DNA from: Promethearchaeota archaeon
Lineage (GTDB): Archaea > Asgardarchaeota > Lokiarchaeia > Sigyniarchaeales > SOKP01
Direction: 5' to 3'
DNA: 44,968 bases
Assembly (NCBI GenBank): GCA_048941015.1
Contig: JBHLNZ010000024.1
Span: 1-44,968, forward strand
The notes under the pieces were generated by a model, which was given only the letters and a program-made list of their open reading frames with translations, searched no databases and was not told the origin of the DNA. The position numbers and the translations under genes were made by a program. Each line of letters opens with the position of its first letter. Position 1 is the first letter of the stretch. This document shows positions 9,001 to 17,440 of the stretch, piece after piece.

Positions 9001-10391
9001 AAAACTATTGGTTCATTATCGATGGTTCTGTGCCAGGATATGAGCCTCCAGAACCTTATTATCAACAGGTAAGGGTTAATGCTACATCGGCAGCTTTAAA
9101 TCTATATGATTATGAAACGCGTCTGCAAGTATCAACCTATGGAAAGGAATTTAATGAATTTATAAATCTGACGGTTAGATTTTATTCTCCACCAAATGTT
9201 CCCTTAGATGAAGCAACAATTACATTTGCATGGCTTAGTCAATCACTTGTTTATTTTAGTGAAGATCCAGTTTATATAGGTTATTATTACTGTACAATTA
9301 ACACAAGTTTAGCTGTCAATGTAGGTAAATACCCAATCACTATTACAGCTTCAAAAGAAAATTACACTAGCCAGACAATTGTTACAACTCTTGAAGTTCT
9401 TGAAAGAGTAACAACAATTAATGGAACTTCAGCTATGGCTTATTCTAACATTAAGGTATGGGTTGAGGACGAAGTAAACTTTACCTATTCATATGCTGAT
9501 ACAATACTCGGTGGGCAAATTATTGGAGATTTAGATATTGCTGTTTTTACATGGCAAAAATTATATTCAAATGGATCAATTATACCCGGAATTGATGGTT
9601 CTGGAGTACTATATCAACAAATTGATGATAGATATTTATTAGATTTTGATACAGAATTAAGAAGTGTTGGATTTTATTATCTATACATCACTCTACAAAA
9701 GAATAATTATGAAGCAAGAGCGGCTCTTATTAATCTAGAAATTAAATATAGAGAGATATATTACAGCCTTGAAGCTACTAATAGAAGAGGAACTCATATA
9801 AGTGCTGTCCAAGGAAACGATATTGAAATCACAATTAATTTAATAGATACTACTAGAGGTAATATCCCCCTTGAAAATGCAACCGTTATTTTACAAGCTC
9901 AAGGAACAGAATATATTTTTGATGAGAGTTTACCTGGAACTTATACTTTAACTTTTAAAACTGATGAATTTGAAGCATTTTTTATTCCACAAACTTTTCC
10001 TGGAATAATTTTTACTCAAAAGGCGAATTTTACAACTGAAGAAATCGATCTAACTATTACCATAAAAATGAAAGAGATATTTCCCGGAATGCCAACATTT
10101 TATTTCATCCTAATTATTGCTGGTTCATTAGGAATAATTGGAAGTCTTGTAGCGTATAGAGTCATTCAACAAGCCCGAATTCCTAAACATGTTAAGAAGA
10201 TAAGAAAAGTAAAAAGCATAATAAAATCGAAAAAATCGTTTACAGAGTCAATGTTAATCCCCTCAAAAGATGAAGCAATAGTTAAATTATTTGGAGAGGA
10301 GTGGAAACAGTTAGGAATTTCTCTTGATGACGTTTTAGGAGTAAAAATGATGAGAAGTAAATTAAACAAAAAAGAAGGAGGTATTAAATAA
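6078..10391 (+). CDS. Large membrane-anchored surface protein A (N-terminal signal/TM, DUF2341-like domain, jelly-roll/CBM-like insert, Ig-like stalk, C-terminal TM, ~75-aa cytoplasmic tail)
   Basis: Hydrophobic VFSVSIILIAITSGTLYFSL; WWDSNWPYR motif; LVKNGDFE...FDLSDYMGQTISLEF...VDDIEF; many NxS/T sequons; TM MPTFYFILIIAGSLGIIGSLVAY followed by a basic tail. The start may be ATG 6090. Confidence 0.8.
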   Translation: MISTMNKKKQFTKVFSVSIILIAITSGTLYFSLMPFLSNFSSNEVIKDDCKDFLSPISSIAGEHPWWDSNWPYRMLVNITNQAGVDLKNYGVSVVFPYGDPGYQDKVNDTLKDIRVIEYVDNEPIEREFYIFQDFNGEDYSVGDATIYFNTNLSASSNPETDVYLYFGNMNVESTSVEYGLGLVKNGDFEYVPSGDDPTGNPSIAPHYYNPVGWNWSDDVPDDIAPRLPDVGEDSQTEDQATEWWQNCLIDVPGGVEQVRGTYTYKWGSNQTSITDTIGNDDQYAGVLYTNPFDVPIVNDGSGKIYMSLWQNVKVWGFDGSSSKAWNDGYFVRVINATDGIPVDPDQHEQIGEYLEYFKGITHNNKGFYSLQNYTTGTITGTFDTSQGDLTGLVTFDLSDYMGQTISLEFGMYGDENTVGNYDTAFVQVDDIEFTYSDDITVEVNEIQSQKSDITVIARDIDGMITPNAEISLMQGITPIKKQTTDETGLTIFTGLNFGIYNFSVNYRFSPSYEDEVFNSTRDNFGTSNWNLYNVSELSQTFNLYLDIWTIDFEIADWDDDPLSDGYVKVYNDTEGTLLKQISLDNGTARFRWNNASFYYYEVYFYNTRYNVNNFLLNSSYIYRSTYNQNEKYYDHSLPLNTYDQDPSDYYRVIERIYTEGSMSDFSNKKLINFNITLEAMNERIDNMTVYYIDKNNQTTGNIIYQNLTMSGTTYFKSIDIGTIDNDKLKSENYEAYGILIDVQGYNAGAHTGIIKINTTEMTNIYNKTALSKLNIRVIDDADSYNPVPFVSVRVWNGTTIITTLTTNDDGWASHSDIFYKPFIYLIGFSYNITLRRIGVAADFKLNDTSPKQWEPSGVVSIYNYTLTQNSSVILDYEAAPPPPTLETQIDMIAEVSQAIWGSGNLHITINVSYYNGSIWKLVPDEGIFTCYVEDWDTGQTVLIVDLVANYQGLNLMNYSLTINSNKLSAGNSYKNYWFIIDGSVPGYEPPEPYYQQVRVNATSAALNLYDYETRLQVSTYGKEFNEFINLTVRFYSPPNVPLDEATITFAWLSQSLVYFSEDPVYIGYYYCTINTSLAVNVGKYPITITASKENYTSQTIVTTLEVLERVTTINGTSAMAYSNIKVWVEDEVNFTYSYADTILGGQIIGDLDIAVFTWQKLYSNGSIIPGIDGSGVLYQQIDDRYLLDFDTELRSVGFYYLYITLQKNNYEARAALINLEIKYREIYYSLEATNRRGTHISAVQGNDIEITINLIDTTRGNIPLENATVILQAQGTEYIFDESLPGTYTLTFKTDEFEAFFIPQTFPGIIFTQKANFTTEEIDLTITIKMKEIFPGMPTFYFILIIAGSLGIIGSLVAYRVIQQARIPKHVKKIRKVKSIIKSKKSFTESMLIPSKDEAIVKLFGEEWKQLGISLDDVLGVKMMRSKLNKKEGGIK

Positions 10392-11500
10392 TGCCATTAG
10401 GATTAATACTAATGAAATGGGATCCTAAAGTAGGAACTGAGATTGTTACAAAATATCCTGAAGAATTAATCGTCTCTGATGAAACATTAATGCAAATATA
10501 TGCTGCACATGAATATACTGGAGAACCAGGAATGATAAGTTTAATGGTTGGACATTTAAACGTAGCTTCATTTTATACTGGGAAAGAAAGGGCTTTATAT
10601 ATAATTGGCCTTTTAAATTTGGATGATGATCCAGACCTTTATGAGGGAGGCTTAACTGATGTCTCACGAATTATTATGCAAAACATTGAAGACGATAGGT
10701 ATCTTACTATGATGCCATTTTTATTTCAAAGGCTTTCTGCTTACCCCCATTTAACTGATGAACAGAATTTGGCTTTAAATTATCAAGATGAAATTAACAG
10801 ATTAATCATAAATCGATTAAGGGAAGAAGGAGTAGTTTCTAAGTCAGAGTTAAAAGTATGGCTTAATGACAAGTACCGAAAAGGGTTTTTTGATATAGAT
10901 GCGACATTGATGGAATTAATTAAGAAAGAAATCATAAAAGAAGCATCAGTAAAAGGAATGCCATCTGAACTATTATTTCTTATTAATGACCCTTTAATAA
11001 TTAGGAGACCGCCAATAAAACTTTTAAAAAATCCCGTGGAAAGAGGTCTTCCTGAAACCCTTATAGGTGATTATAAATCAAAAGTTCGGAATTTTTTCCA
11101 GACTTATCGTCCATCCGAAGAAGATAATTTGAAAATTATTGATTTGATTACAGATCCACAAATTTATGAAATTATTAAACTGTTAAGACTTGCGGTGGTC
11201 ACTAGAAATGCTTTAGAAAAACTTAGAAAGAAAGGTGTAGAGGATATTGATGATGGAATAAAAAGATTATGGGAAAATAAGATTCTCCACGTTCTTAAAG
11301 ATGAACGGGGAATTGAGTATTATGCTTTACTTTCTGATTTCTATATTTCATTGATTTATCCTAAATATATTTTGAATGAGTTAATACACCAATATGAAGT
11401 AAAATCGAAAGCTGAAAATGTTTTAGTGGAATATCTTAAAGTACTTGAAGATACTTATCATCATATTAAATTACCTATAGAATCCGAAACAAAAGAATAA
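10391..11500 (+). CDS. Longin/uDENN-like + tandem winged-helix protein A (NPRL2-like architecture)
   Basis: N-terminal LILMKWDPKVGTEIVTKYPE matches the uDENN hhhhxFDxxxGxxhxxxYP pattern; two wHTH-like segments (IINRLREEGVVSKSEL...LMELIKKEII and IIKLLRLAVVTRNAL...IKRLWENKIL). ATG overlaps the upstream TAA (TAATG). Confidence 0.6.
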   Translation: MPLGLILMKWDPKVGTEIVTKYPEELIVSDETLMQIYAAHEYTGEPGMISLMVGHLNVASFYTGKERALYIIGLLNLDDDPDLYEGGLTDVSRIIMQNIEDDRYLTMMPFLFQRLSAYPHLTDEQNLALNYQDEINRLIINRLREEGVVSKSELKVWLNDKYRKGFFDIDATLMELIKKEIIKEASVKGMPSELLFLINDPLIIRRPPIKLLKNPVERGLPETLIGDYKSKVRNFFQTYRPSEEDNLKIIDLITDPQIYEIIKLLRLAVVTRNALEKLRKKGVEDIDDGIKRLWENKILHVLKDERGIEYYALLSDFYISLIYPKYILNELIHQYEVKSKAENVLVEYLKVLEDTYHHIKLPIESETKE

Positions 11501-11524
11501 TTTTTTCTTATTTTTTTTATTTTT
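11501..11524 (+). terminator. T-rich archaeal terminator-like tract between convergent genes
   Basis: ttttttcttattttttttattttt immediately after the stop. Confidence 0.5.
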
Positions 11525-11591
11525 AATTCTTGATTTAAGTTGAGCAACTTGTTTAATTGATTAGAGAATTAAAGGAAATTAAAAATTTTTT

Positions 11592-12632
11592 TTAAATATA
11601 TTCTATATGCCCTTTAATTTTATCAGCTTTTTCACGAAATTCTCTATAAAGGAGGAAATCACCTAATTCATAACATAAATCAGAAATTTTTTCAAAAGTT
11701 TTACAAATGCTTACCATATCTCCCTCTTTTAAATAATTTTCGGCTTGAGAAATTAATAAATCTCTCTCAAATAGAGGTTTTAATAATGGTGATACTTCCG
11801 TATTGATTTCTAAAATATCTGCAATAATTTGAATCATTTTATTACGATTTTCTGGATCTATGGCAATCATTGAATAAGTTTTTAGGTTAAGAATTTCTTC
11901 TATTTTTTCAACACTTAAAGCATCTGGTAAGTCCTGTTTGTTTCCAATAACCGCAGCATGGGCATCTGGCGCATTTTCTTTTATTAATTCGATGAAAAAT
12001 CTGCTTTTTTCTACATTTTCTAATGAGGAATCAGTGATTACGAGAACAGCATCACTTCCAAATATAAAGTCATTCCATAAATAACTAAATTGTTCCTGTC
12101 CAGCAAAATCCCATAGGTGAAAATGTAATTTACCTATTTTTATTGCTGACACTTTTCCAGTTATTGTAGGAACATGTATATCGGGTATCTCTTCAGATCT
12201 GATTAATTTTGTAATTGTTGTCTTACCAACTCCGGAAAATCCTACTAAAGATATTTTTGTTTTAATATTTTTATATATTGAAAAGATGAGAGGATTAAGT
12301 AATTCAATTAGAGAAGGATCTATATTTTCAAGATTGTCCCCAAAAATATTTATAAATTCCTTCTTCAATTTCATTAACTCTGATTTAACTTGACGTATTC
12401 CATCATTTAAGCCTACTATTAGTATAAATAACAGATTCATCTCGTTCTCATAAGAATAGACAATCCTATATTTAAAGAAATAGGTACTTCCAAAATCTTT
12501 TCCTAAGCCTCTAGATGCTTCTTTTAGGATCTCTTGAGAGATGTTTTGAAATGATTCATGAGTTAATGCTTTTCCGAAATTTCTTTCGAACACTATATTG
12601 CCATCTTTTAAGATATATATTTGCCTAAGCAT
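11592..12632 (-). CDS. Arf-like small GTPase with N-terminal longin-like domain and C-terminal helical extension
   Basis: G1 GFSGVGKT, G2 PTI, G3 WDFAGQ then LW, G4 NKQDLPDALSVEKIEEILNL (Arf-like); N-terminal ~120 aa has a longin pattern (IYILKDGNIVFER...RIVY...LLFILIVG...helix). Confidence 0.8.
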   Translation of the reverse strand: MLRQIYILKDGNIVFERNFGKALTHESFQNISQEILKEASRGLGKDFGSTYFFKYRIVYSYENEMNLLFILIVGLNDGIRQVKSELMKLKKEFINIFGDNLENIDPSLIELLNPLIFSIYKNIKTKISLVGFSGVGKTTITKLIRSEEIPDIHVPTITGKVSAIKIGKLHFHLWDFAGQEQFSYLWNDFIFGSDAVLVITDSSLENVEKSRFFIELIKENAPDAHAAVIGNKQDLPDALSVEKIEEILNLKTYSMIAIDPENRNKMIQIIADILEINTEVSPLLKPLFERDLLISQAENYLKEGDMVSICKTFEKISDLCYELGDFLLYREFREKADKIKGHIEYI

Positions 12633-13057
12633 TTTATAATACCTAAATCGTAATTTAACAAAATTCCTTAATCAAATTTAATATAAGAAAATTTATGAGT
12701 TGTTATTTGATTCTTCAATCTAAATTAAAATATTTAAACTTTGATAAAAGCTAAATAGCTTATTATGAGTTTAAGTTTTAAACTTCTATTAATTTGTGTT
12801 ATCGATTTCTTCGATTTACTTAAAAAATACTATGTTAATTCTACAATTATAGAGATCTCTTGGCTGTTTTCAAATAATTTTGATAATAAAAATTAAATTC
12901 TATATAATTCCACAAAAAAAATCATTATTTAGTAAATTTCAAAAATATTAATTTAATTTTGATAATAATTAAATATGTAAAACTGCATTAATAATGATAA
13001 AAAATTCTAATTTTAAAGAATCTAATAAAAAACTTCATTAAAAACGGTAATGAATAT

Positions 13058-16000
13058 ATGAGTTTTAAAACGAATTCAAAATCCAAATATATGTTAATAT
13101 TTCTTTTTTTGCTATTGACTTCTACAACGCTAGCATTTTTTTTGATGGATTCTGCGAATTTTAACAATGGAAAAGGTTCTAGTTCAAATGATAATGAGAA
13201 TTCTATTGAAATTATAAATGATTATGAACTTACACCGGAATCTTCTGATGTAATATATACAGGTGTAAAATATGATTTATCTGAATGGTGGGATACACGC
13301 TTCAGATTTAGAGTAGGAATTGAGATTGAAGAGCTTGAAGGTATTGATAGGTACGAACCGGTAGATGTATACTTGACTTTTCAAGATTATGAACATTATG
13401 TAGATAGTGCTAGATTAGTAAGCTTCAACGCTACTGGAAATGATGAATGGAGTACAGAAATACCTATTCAGCTTTGGAATGTTTCATATTACACTTCAGG
13501 ATTTATTGAATCTTGTACCATGACATTCTTAGCTGATGTTTCTGCTGGTTTAAATCAAACATACTTCCTATATTATAACGAAAATTTGGATAATATTAAT
13601 CCTCCTAGTTATAATACTAACTTCCAGAGTAGTTTGAGTTCAGGAACATTAACAGTTAGGGTAGGAACAGGTTCTATATATGAAGCTCAACTCGCAGAAG
13701 GTCAAGGTGTTATAAAGTTTGAAAAAGACACAGTTGATTTTCACGGAATTAATTCATTAGCTCCTGAAAGAAGGCTAACGGATTCACGATTAGTATTGCT
13801 TGCCCATATGGACGAAGATTCTGGTACTTCTGTAAATGATGCTAGTGGGAATTTAATAAATCCAGGTCAAATTAGCGATAATGTTAATTGGGTAGAAGGA
13901 ATTGTAGATTATGGATTACAATTTGGTGGTGCTTCAAATGATACAGTAAGTTTTGGTCCAGTTTTAGAGGGTTCTGGTGAACCATTTAATGACTATACGA
14001 CAAAGTGGACCATGACTTGTTGGATTAAACCTACTTTTTTATCAACTGCTTCAACAAATCATGGTACTCAGAATGTTATTATGGCAAAAGCGAGTGACCC
14101 TTATAATGATAATTTCGAAATAGGGATTGTTGGTAGTGCAGGTGCTGATTATGGGAAAATTCATGTATATCTCGATACAGATAATAGTGATACTCAGAGA
14201 AATTTCGGTGTTGGAAATGATATTGTTTTGAATCAATGGAATTTTATTGCTTTAAGAATCGATCTAACTAAATCAACTGATCATGTAGAAGTAAGAATTA
14301 ATGATAATTGGTTTGGATCTGGAAACCAATGGAGTAGCGCAGTTGATATGGATCAAGCAGCTAACAGTCCATTTACTATTGGTTCTTCAGAACATATAAA
14401 TCAATACTATACAGGTGTTATTGACGAAGTTGCAATTTATAATGATACTTTATCTGATTCCGAAATAGAAGAATATAAATATGGTTCTAAAACTGCAACA
14501 ATCGATTCAATAACTGAAATCATTAATGGCGATGGACAAGTTTTTTCTCGATACGAAGTTAACTGGACGAATCTTTTTGATATGCACATATCAGACTTTT
14601 GTTCATTCTATTATGATTATAATCTTTGGAATATCAACAGAACAATATATTTTGATAATGCTTTTAATGGTACAGACACAAATACACAGATGATTCCACT
14701 TAACACTTACTATGATCTAACAGATTTGGCAGATTCTGAAGATTTCTATTATTTTTATGATGGAATAGTAGAGAATCAGGGTTTAATTTATGATGATTTT
14801 ACAGTCGAGAATTATACAATAGTTCATGACCCTATTCACACTGATCCTGGTGAGAGATGGACTGTCGGTCTTTTTGTACCTAAATTCTATGATATCGGTA
14901 CCGCAACTTCTATAAGTTATTTCAAAGGAAATGTCACATATGATTCGCAGAATGATGTTGTTACATATAAGCCAGGTTATATTAACGACTTTTATAACAA
15001 TATTGGTGGTCAATCAAATCAATTACATATAGAGTTCTGGGAGTATATTGACAATGTTTATTTGAGTGAAAGTGCTATGATTCAACTTTTTGAGGATCAA
15101 AATAAAGCACTTAAAAATCCTGTAAATCTTTATATCTATGAAAAAGATGCTTTGTTTTATAATTTAAAAGTAAATGTTACTGATATCGATGATAATCTAG
15201 TTCCAGGAACAAAAATTACAGTCTGGAATGAAACTGATTTTGATATGAATTGGACTATATATACCGATGATTCTGGAGAAGCCCTTTTCACCAGATTAAA
15301 TAATGGTAGTTATATTGTAAATGCCACTTATGAAAAATACGGTAAAAACCCCTTGACAATAACTACACCTCAGTATATTGAAATTAATGAATCTACTGTG
15401 GATCGAAACGGACTTTATGAACTTTCATTTCTAAATGTGGAATTAACTTCATTAAATTTAACTTTAAATCGACTTAACAGTACTTCCGATTATCAAGGTC
15501 CATTAGAAGGAGCTAAGGTTACTTTCTGGAGAGATGAAGGAAGTGGCCCTGAATTAATAGGCTCTGAAAATTCAGATGAAGATGGTAATGTTGTCTTTAG
15601 ATGGACAAATTTTACAACTCCTTCTGAGGGAAATGTGACCTTTGGTGTGGAATGGTTTGAAGATTTTCCTGATGCAGTGTTAGCAATAGGGGATTTAGAT
15701 GGAGAAACTTATCCAAATACAAATGTTACTTTTTACTTTTATACAACAAATTCTTCAATTGTAAATTGTACATTTGGTATTACCTATGAAACACATCTTA
15801 ACTTAACTGTTTTTCCAGATCCAGATTTCAATCAAATGTTAGGGGATACTTTGAATTTTCAAGTGAATTTTACTTACAATAATGATACAGAGCCTTGGAT
15901 TAAAAAACCAGTATTAGGCGCGACTGTTAGCTATACTGTAATAATTGGGATCACAAAAATCAACATGAATGCATTATACTTTAACGAAACTTCAGGTGGT

Positions 16001-17440
16001 TTATATAACTTATCAATTGATACTTCTAATCCAGTCGAACCTAGTGGAGCAGAATGGTTATCTGAAAGAAACTATTTAATAGAAATTGAGGCTTCAAAGC
16101 TAGGTATTATAACAGAAGAAGTTAGCACTACCTTTACCTTAGATCCTAAAACAACAACTTTGATTGGAAATGAAACATCTTTAACTGGATATTGGGGAGA
16201 ATTCCTAATTATGGATATTACTTATACTGATGTCAGTTTTGGAGATAGTAATCCGATTAATGATGCAACAGTTCGGTATTCCGTAATAGGAGTTCCATCT
16301 GTATTTGGATCATTAAGCCCCTATGGTGTAAACGGCAGATACCAACTTCTATTAGATACAACTGATTTTCCTGGAAGTGATTCATACACTTTGCAAATAA
16401 CTGCTAATAAGCAAAATTATCAAGGAAACACAATATATATTGATGTAACAGTTCTCGCAATAAAGTCCCTAATAAATAATTCTGTAGGAATCTATAAGAC
16501 CATTAATGTAGCATTTAATGATGCGCAAATTTTCTACTTTAATTATATCATAGAAAGTAGTGGTATAGGTCTTGATCAAGCTGATGTTTTGACTTATGAG
16601 TGGACTGAAGAAATTACTGGCAGTATTGTTGATAGCGGAGCAGGTTCGTTGAATGATCTTGGAAATGGGCTTTATTCATTAGATTTCGATACGGAAACAA
16701 GAGAAATTGCCACTTATACGATTATTTTCAATCTTGAAAAAGAAAATTATGCCCCTAGAAGTGGAATAATCATTCTCAATATTAATCCTAGAGAGTTCGA
16801 TGTTTTATTACCCTCTGAATATTTCGATGATAATATAGTTTCGGGAGTGTCCGGACAAGATTTAACCTTTACCATAGATATAAGCGATTTATTAAATAGT
16901 ACTTATATAACTGACAGTCAAGTGTATTTAACTTTTGAAGGAACACAATATCCTTTTACTTCACTCGGTGATGGTACATATCAAATTACTTTAAACAAAG
17001 ATGCGATTCCAAATGCTTTCTTCCTACCTATACCAGTTTCTGCAGTAATTACAATCAGCAAAACAAATTATGAGACGCTAAATGTACCTATTACTGTTAA
17101 TGTAGGTATGGTTGAAATATTTGGATTCCCGATGTTCTATTTCCTAATGATTGGAATTGGAGTTGCTGCTGTAGTTGGTAGTTTACTTACTTATAGGGCA
17201 GTTCAGAAAGCTAAGATTCCTAGATTTGTAAAGAGAGCTAGAGAGATCAGTAAGAGTATAAAGAGTCGTAAATCTATATCGGATTCCCTCTTATATCCTT
17301 CTAAACAAGAATACATGGTTAAAAAGTTTGGAGATAAATGGAATATGCTTGGCTTATCATTAGAAGATATCTTAGGATTAGAAACTAAGAAAAGAAAGAA
17401 ATTATCACAAATGGGTGAATCAGAAGGAGGTGCAATGTGA
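13058..17440 (+). CDS. Large membrane-anchored surface protein B (signal/TM, DUF2341-like, LamG/ConA-like lectin domain, Ig-like stalk, C-terminal TM, cytoplasmic tail)
   Basis: YMLIFLFLLLTSTTLAFFL; WWDTRFRFR; LamG pattern LVLLAHMDEDSGTSVNDASGN...WTMTCWIKP...NQWNFIAL...FTIG...YTGVIDEVAIYNDTLS; TM PMFYFLMIGIGVAAVVGSLLTY; tail homologous to that of protein A. Confidence 0.82.
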   Translation: MSFKTNSKSKYMLIFLFLLLTSTTLAFFLMDSANFNNGKGSSSNDNENSIEIINDYELTPESSDVIYTGVKYDLSEWWDTRFRFRVGIEIEELEGIDRYEPVDVYLTFQDYEHYVDSARLVSFNATGNDEWSTEIPIQLWNVSYYTSGFIESCTMTFLADVSAGLNQTYFLYYNENLDNINPPSYNTNFQSSLSSGTLTVRVGTGSIYEAQLAEGQGVIKFEKDTVDFHGINSLAPERRLTDSRLVLLAHMDEDSGTSVNDASGNLINPGQISDNVNWVEGIVDYGLQFGGASNDTVSFGPVLEGSGEPFNDYTTKWTMTCWIKPTFLSTASTNHGTQNVIMAKASDPYNDNFEIGIVGSAGADYGKIHVYLDTDNSDTQRNFGVGNDIVLNQWNFIALRIDLTKSTDHVEVRINDNWFGSGNQWSSAVDMDQAANSPFTIGSSEHINQYYTGVIDEVAIYNDTLSDSEIEEYKYGSKTATIDSITEIINGDGQVFSRYEVNWTNLFDMHISDFCSFYYDYNLWNINRTIYFDNAFNGTDTNTQMIPLNTYYDLTDLADSEDFYYFYDGIVENQGLIYDDFTVENYTIVHDPIHTDPGERWTVGLFVPKFYDIGTATSISYFKGNVTYDSQNDVVTYKPGYINDFYNNIGGQSNQLHIEFWEYIDNVYLSESAMIQLFEDQNKALKNPVNLYIYEKDALFYNLKVNVTDIDDNLVPGTKITVWNETDFDMNWTIYTDDSGEALFTRLNNGSYIVNATYEKYGKNPLTITTPQYIEINESTVDRNGLYELSFLNVELTSLNLTLNRLNSTSDYQGPLEGAKVTFWRDEGSGPELIGSENSDEDGNVVFRWTNFTTPSEGNVTFGVEWFEDFPDAVLAIGDLDGETYPNTNVTFYFYTTNSSIVNCTFGITYETHLNLTVFPDPDFNQMLGDTLNFQVNFTYNNDTEPWIKKPVLGATVSYTVIIGITKINMNALYFNETSGGLYNLSIDTSNPVEPSGAEWLSERNYLIEIEASKLGIITEEVSTTFTLDPKTTTLIGNETSLTGYWGEFLIMDITYTDVSFGDSNPINDATVRYSVIGVPSVFGSLSPYGVNGRYQLLLDTTDFPGSDSYTLQITANKQNYQGNTIYIDVTVLAIKSLINNSVGIYKTINVAFNDAQIFYFNYIIESSGIGLDQADVLTYEWTEEITGSIVDSGAGSLNDLGNGLYSLDFDTETREIATYTIIFNLEKENYAPRSGIIILNINPREFDVLLPSEYFDDNIVSGVSGQDLTFTIDISDLLNSTYITDSQVYLTFEGTQYPFTSLGDGTYQITLNKDAIPNAFFLPIPVSAVITISKTNYETLNVPITVNVGMVEIFGFPMFYFLMIGIGVAAVVGSLLTYRAVQKAKIPRFVKRAREISKSIKSRKSISDSLLYPSKQEYMVKKFGDKWNMLGLSLEDILGLETKKRKKLSQMGESEGGAM

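Noticed and set aside
10280-10340. FG..W..LG.SL in the receptor tails resembling a death-domain helix motif
   Set aside because: Too little sequence follows to form a six-helix death fold.
10527-10551. 25-nt exact repeat, also at 17576-17600
   Set aside because: Encodes the conserved GMISLMVG peptide in AT-biased codons; too short to argue for gene conversion or an RNA element.
12633-13057. ncRNA, CRISPR array or mobile element in the long intergenic region
   Set aside because: Very AT-rich with no regular repeats or stable stems visible; consistent with a divergent promoter region. No transposase, integrase or CRISPR array seen anywhere in the window.
17438-17440. Sec readthrough at the TGA stops of surface protein B or hisC
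   Set aside because: No Cys-equivalent context; paralog A ends at the same position with TAA; no SECIS seen nearby.
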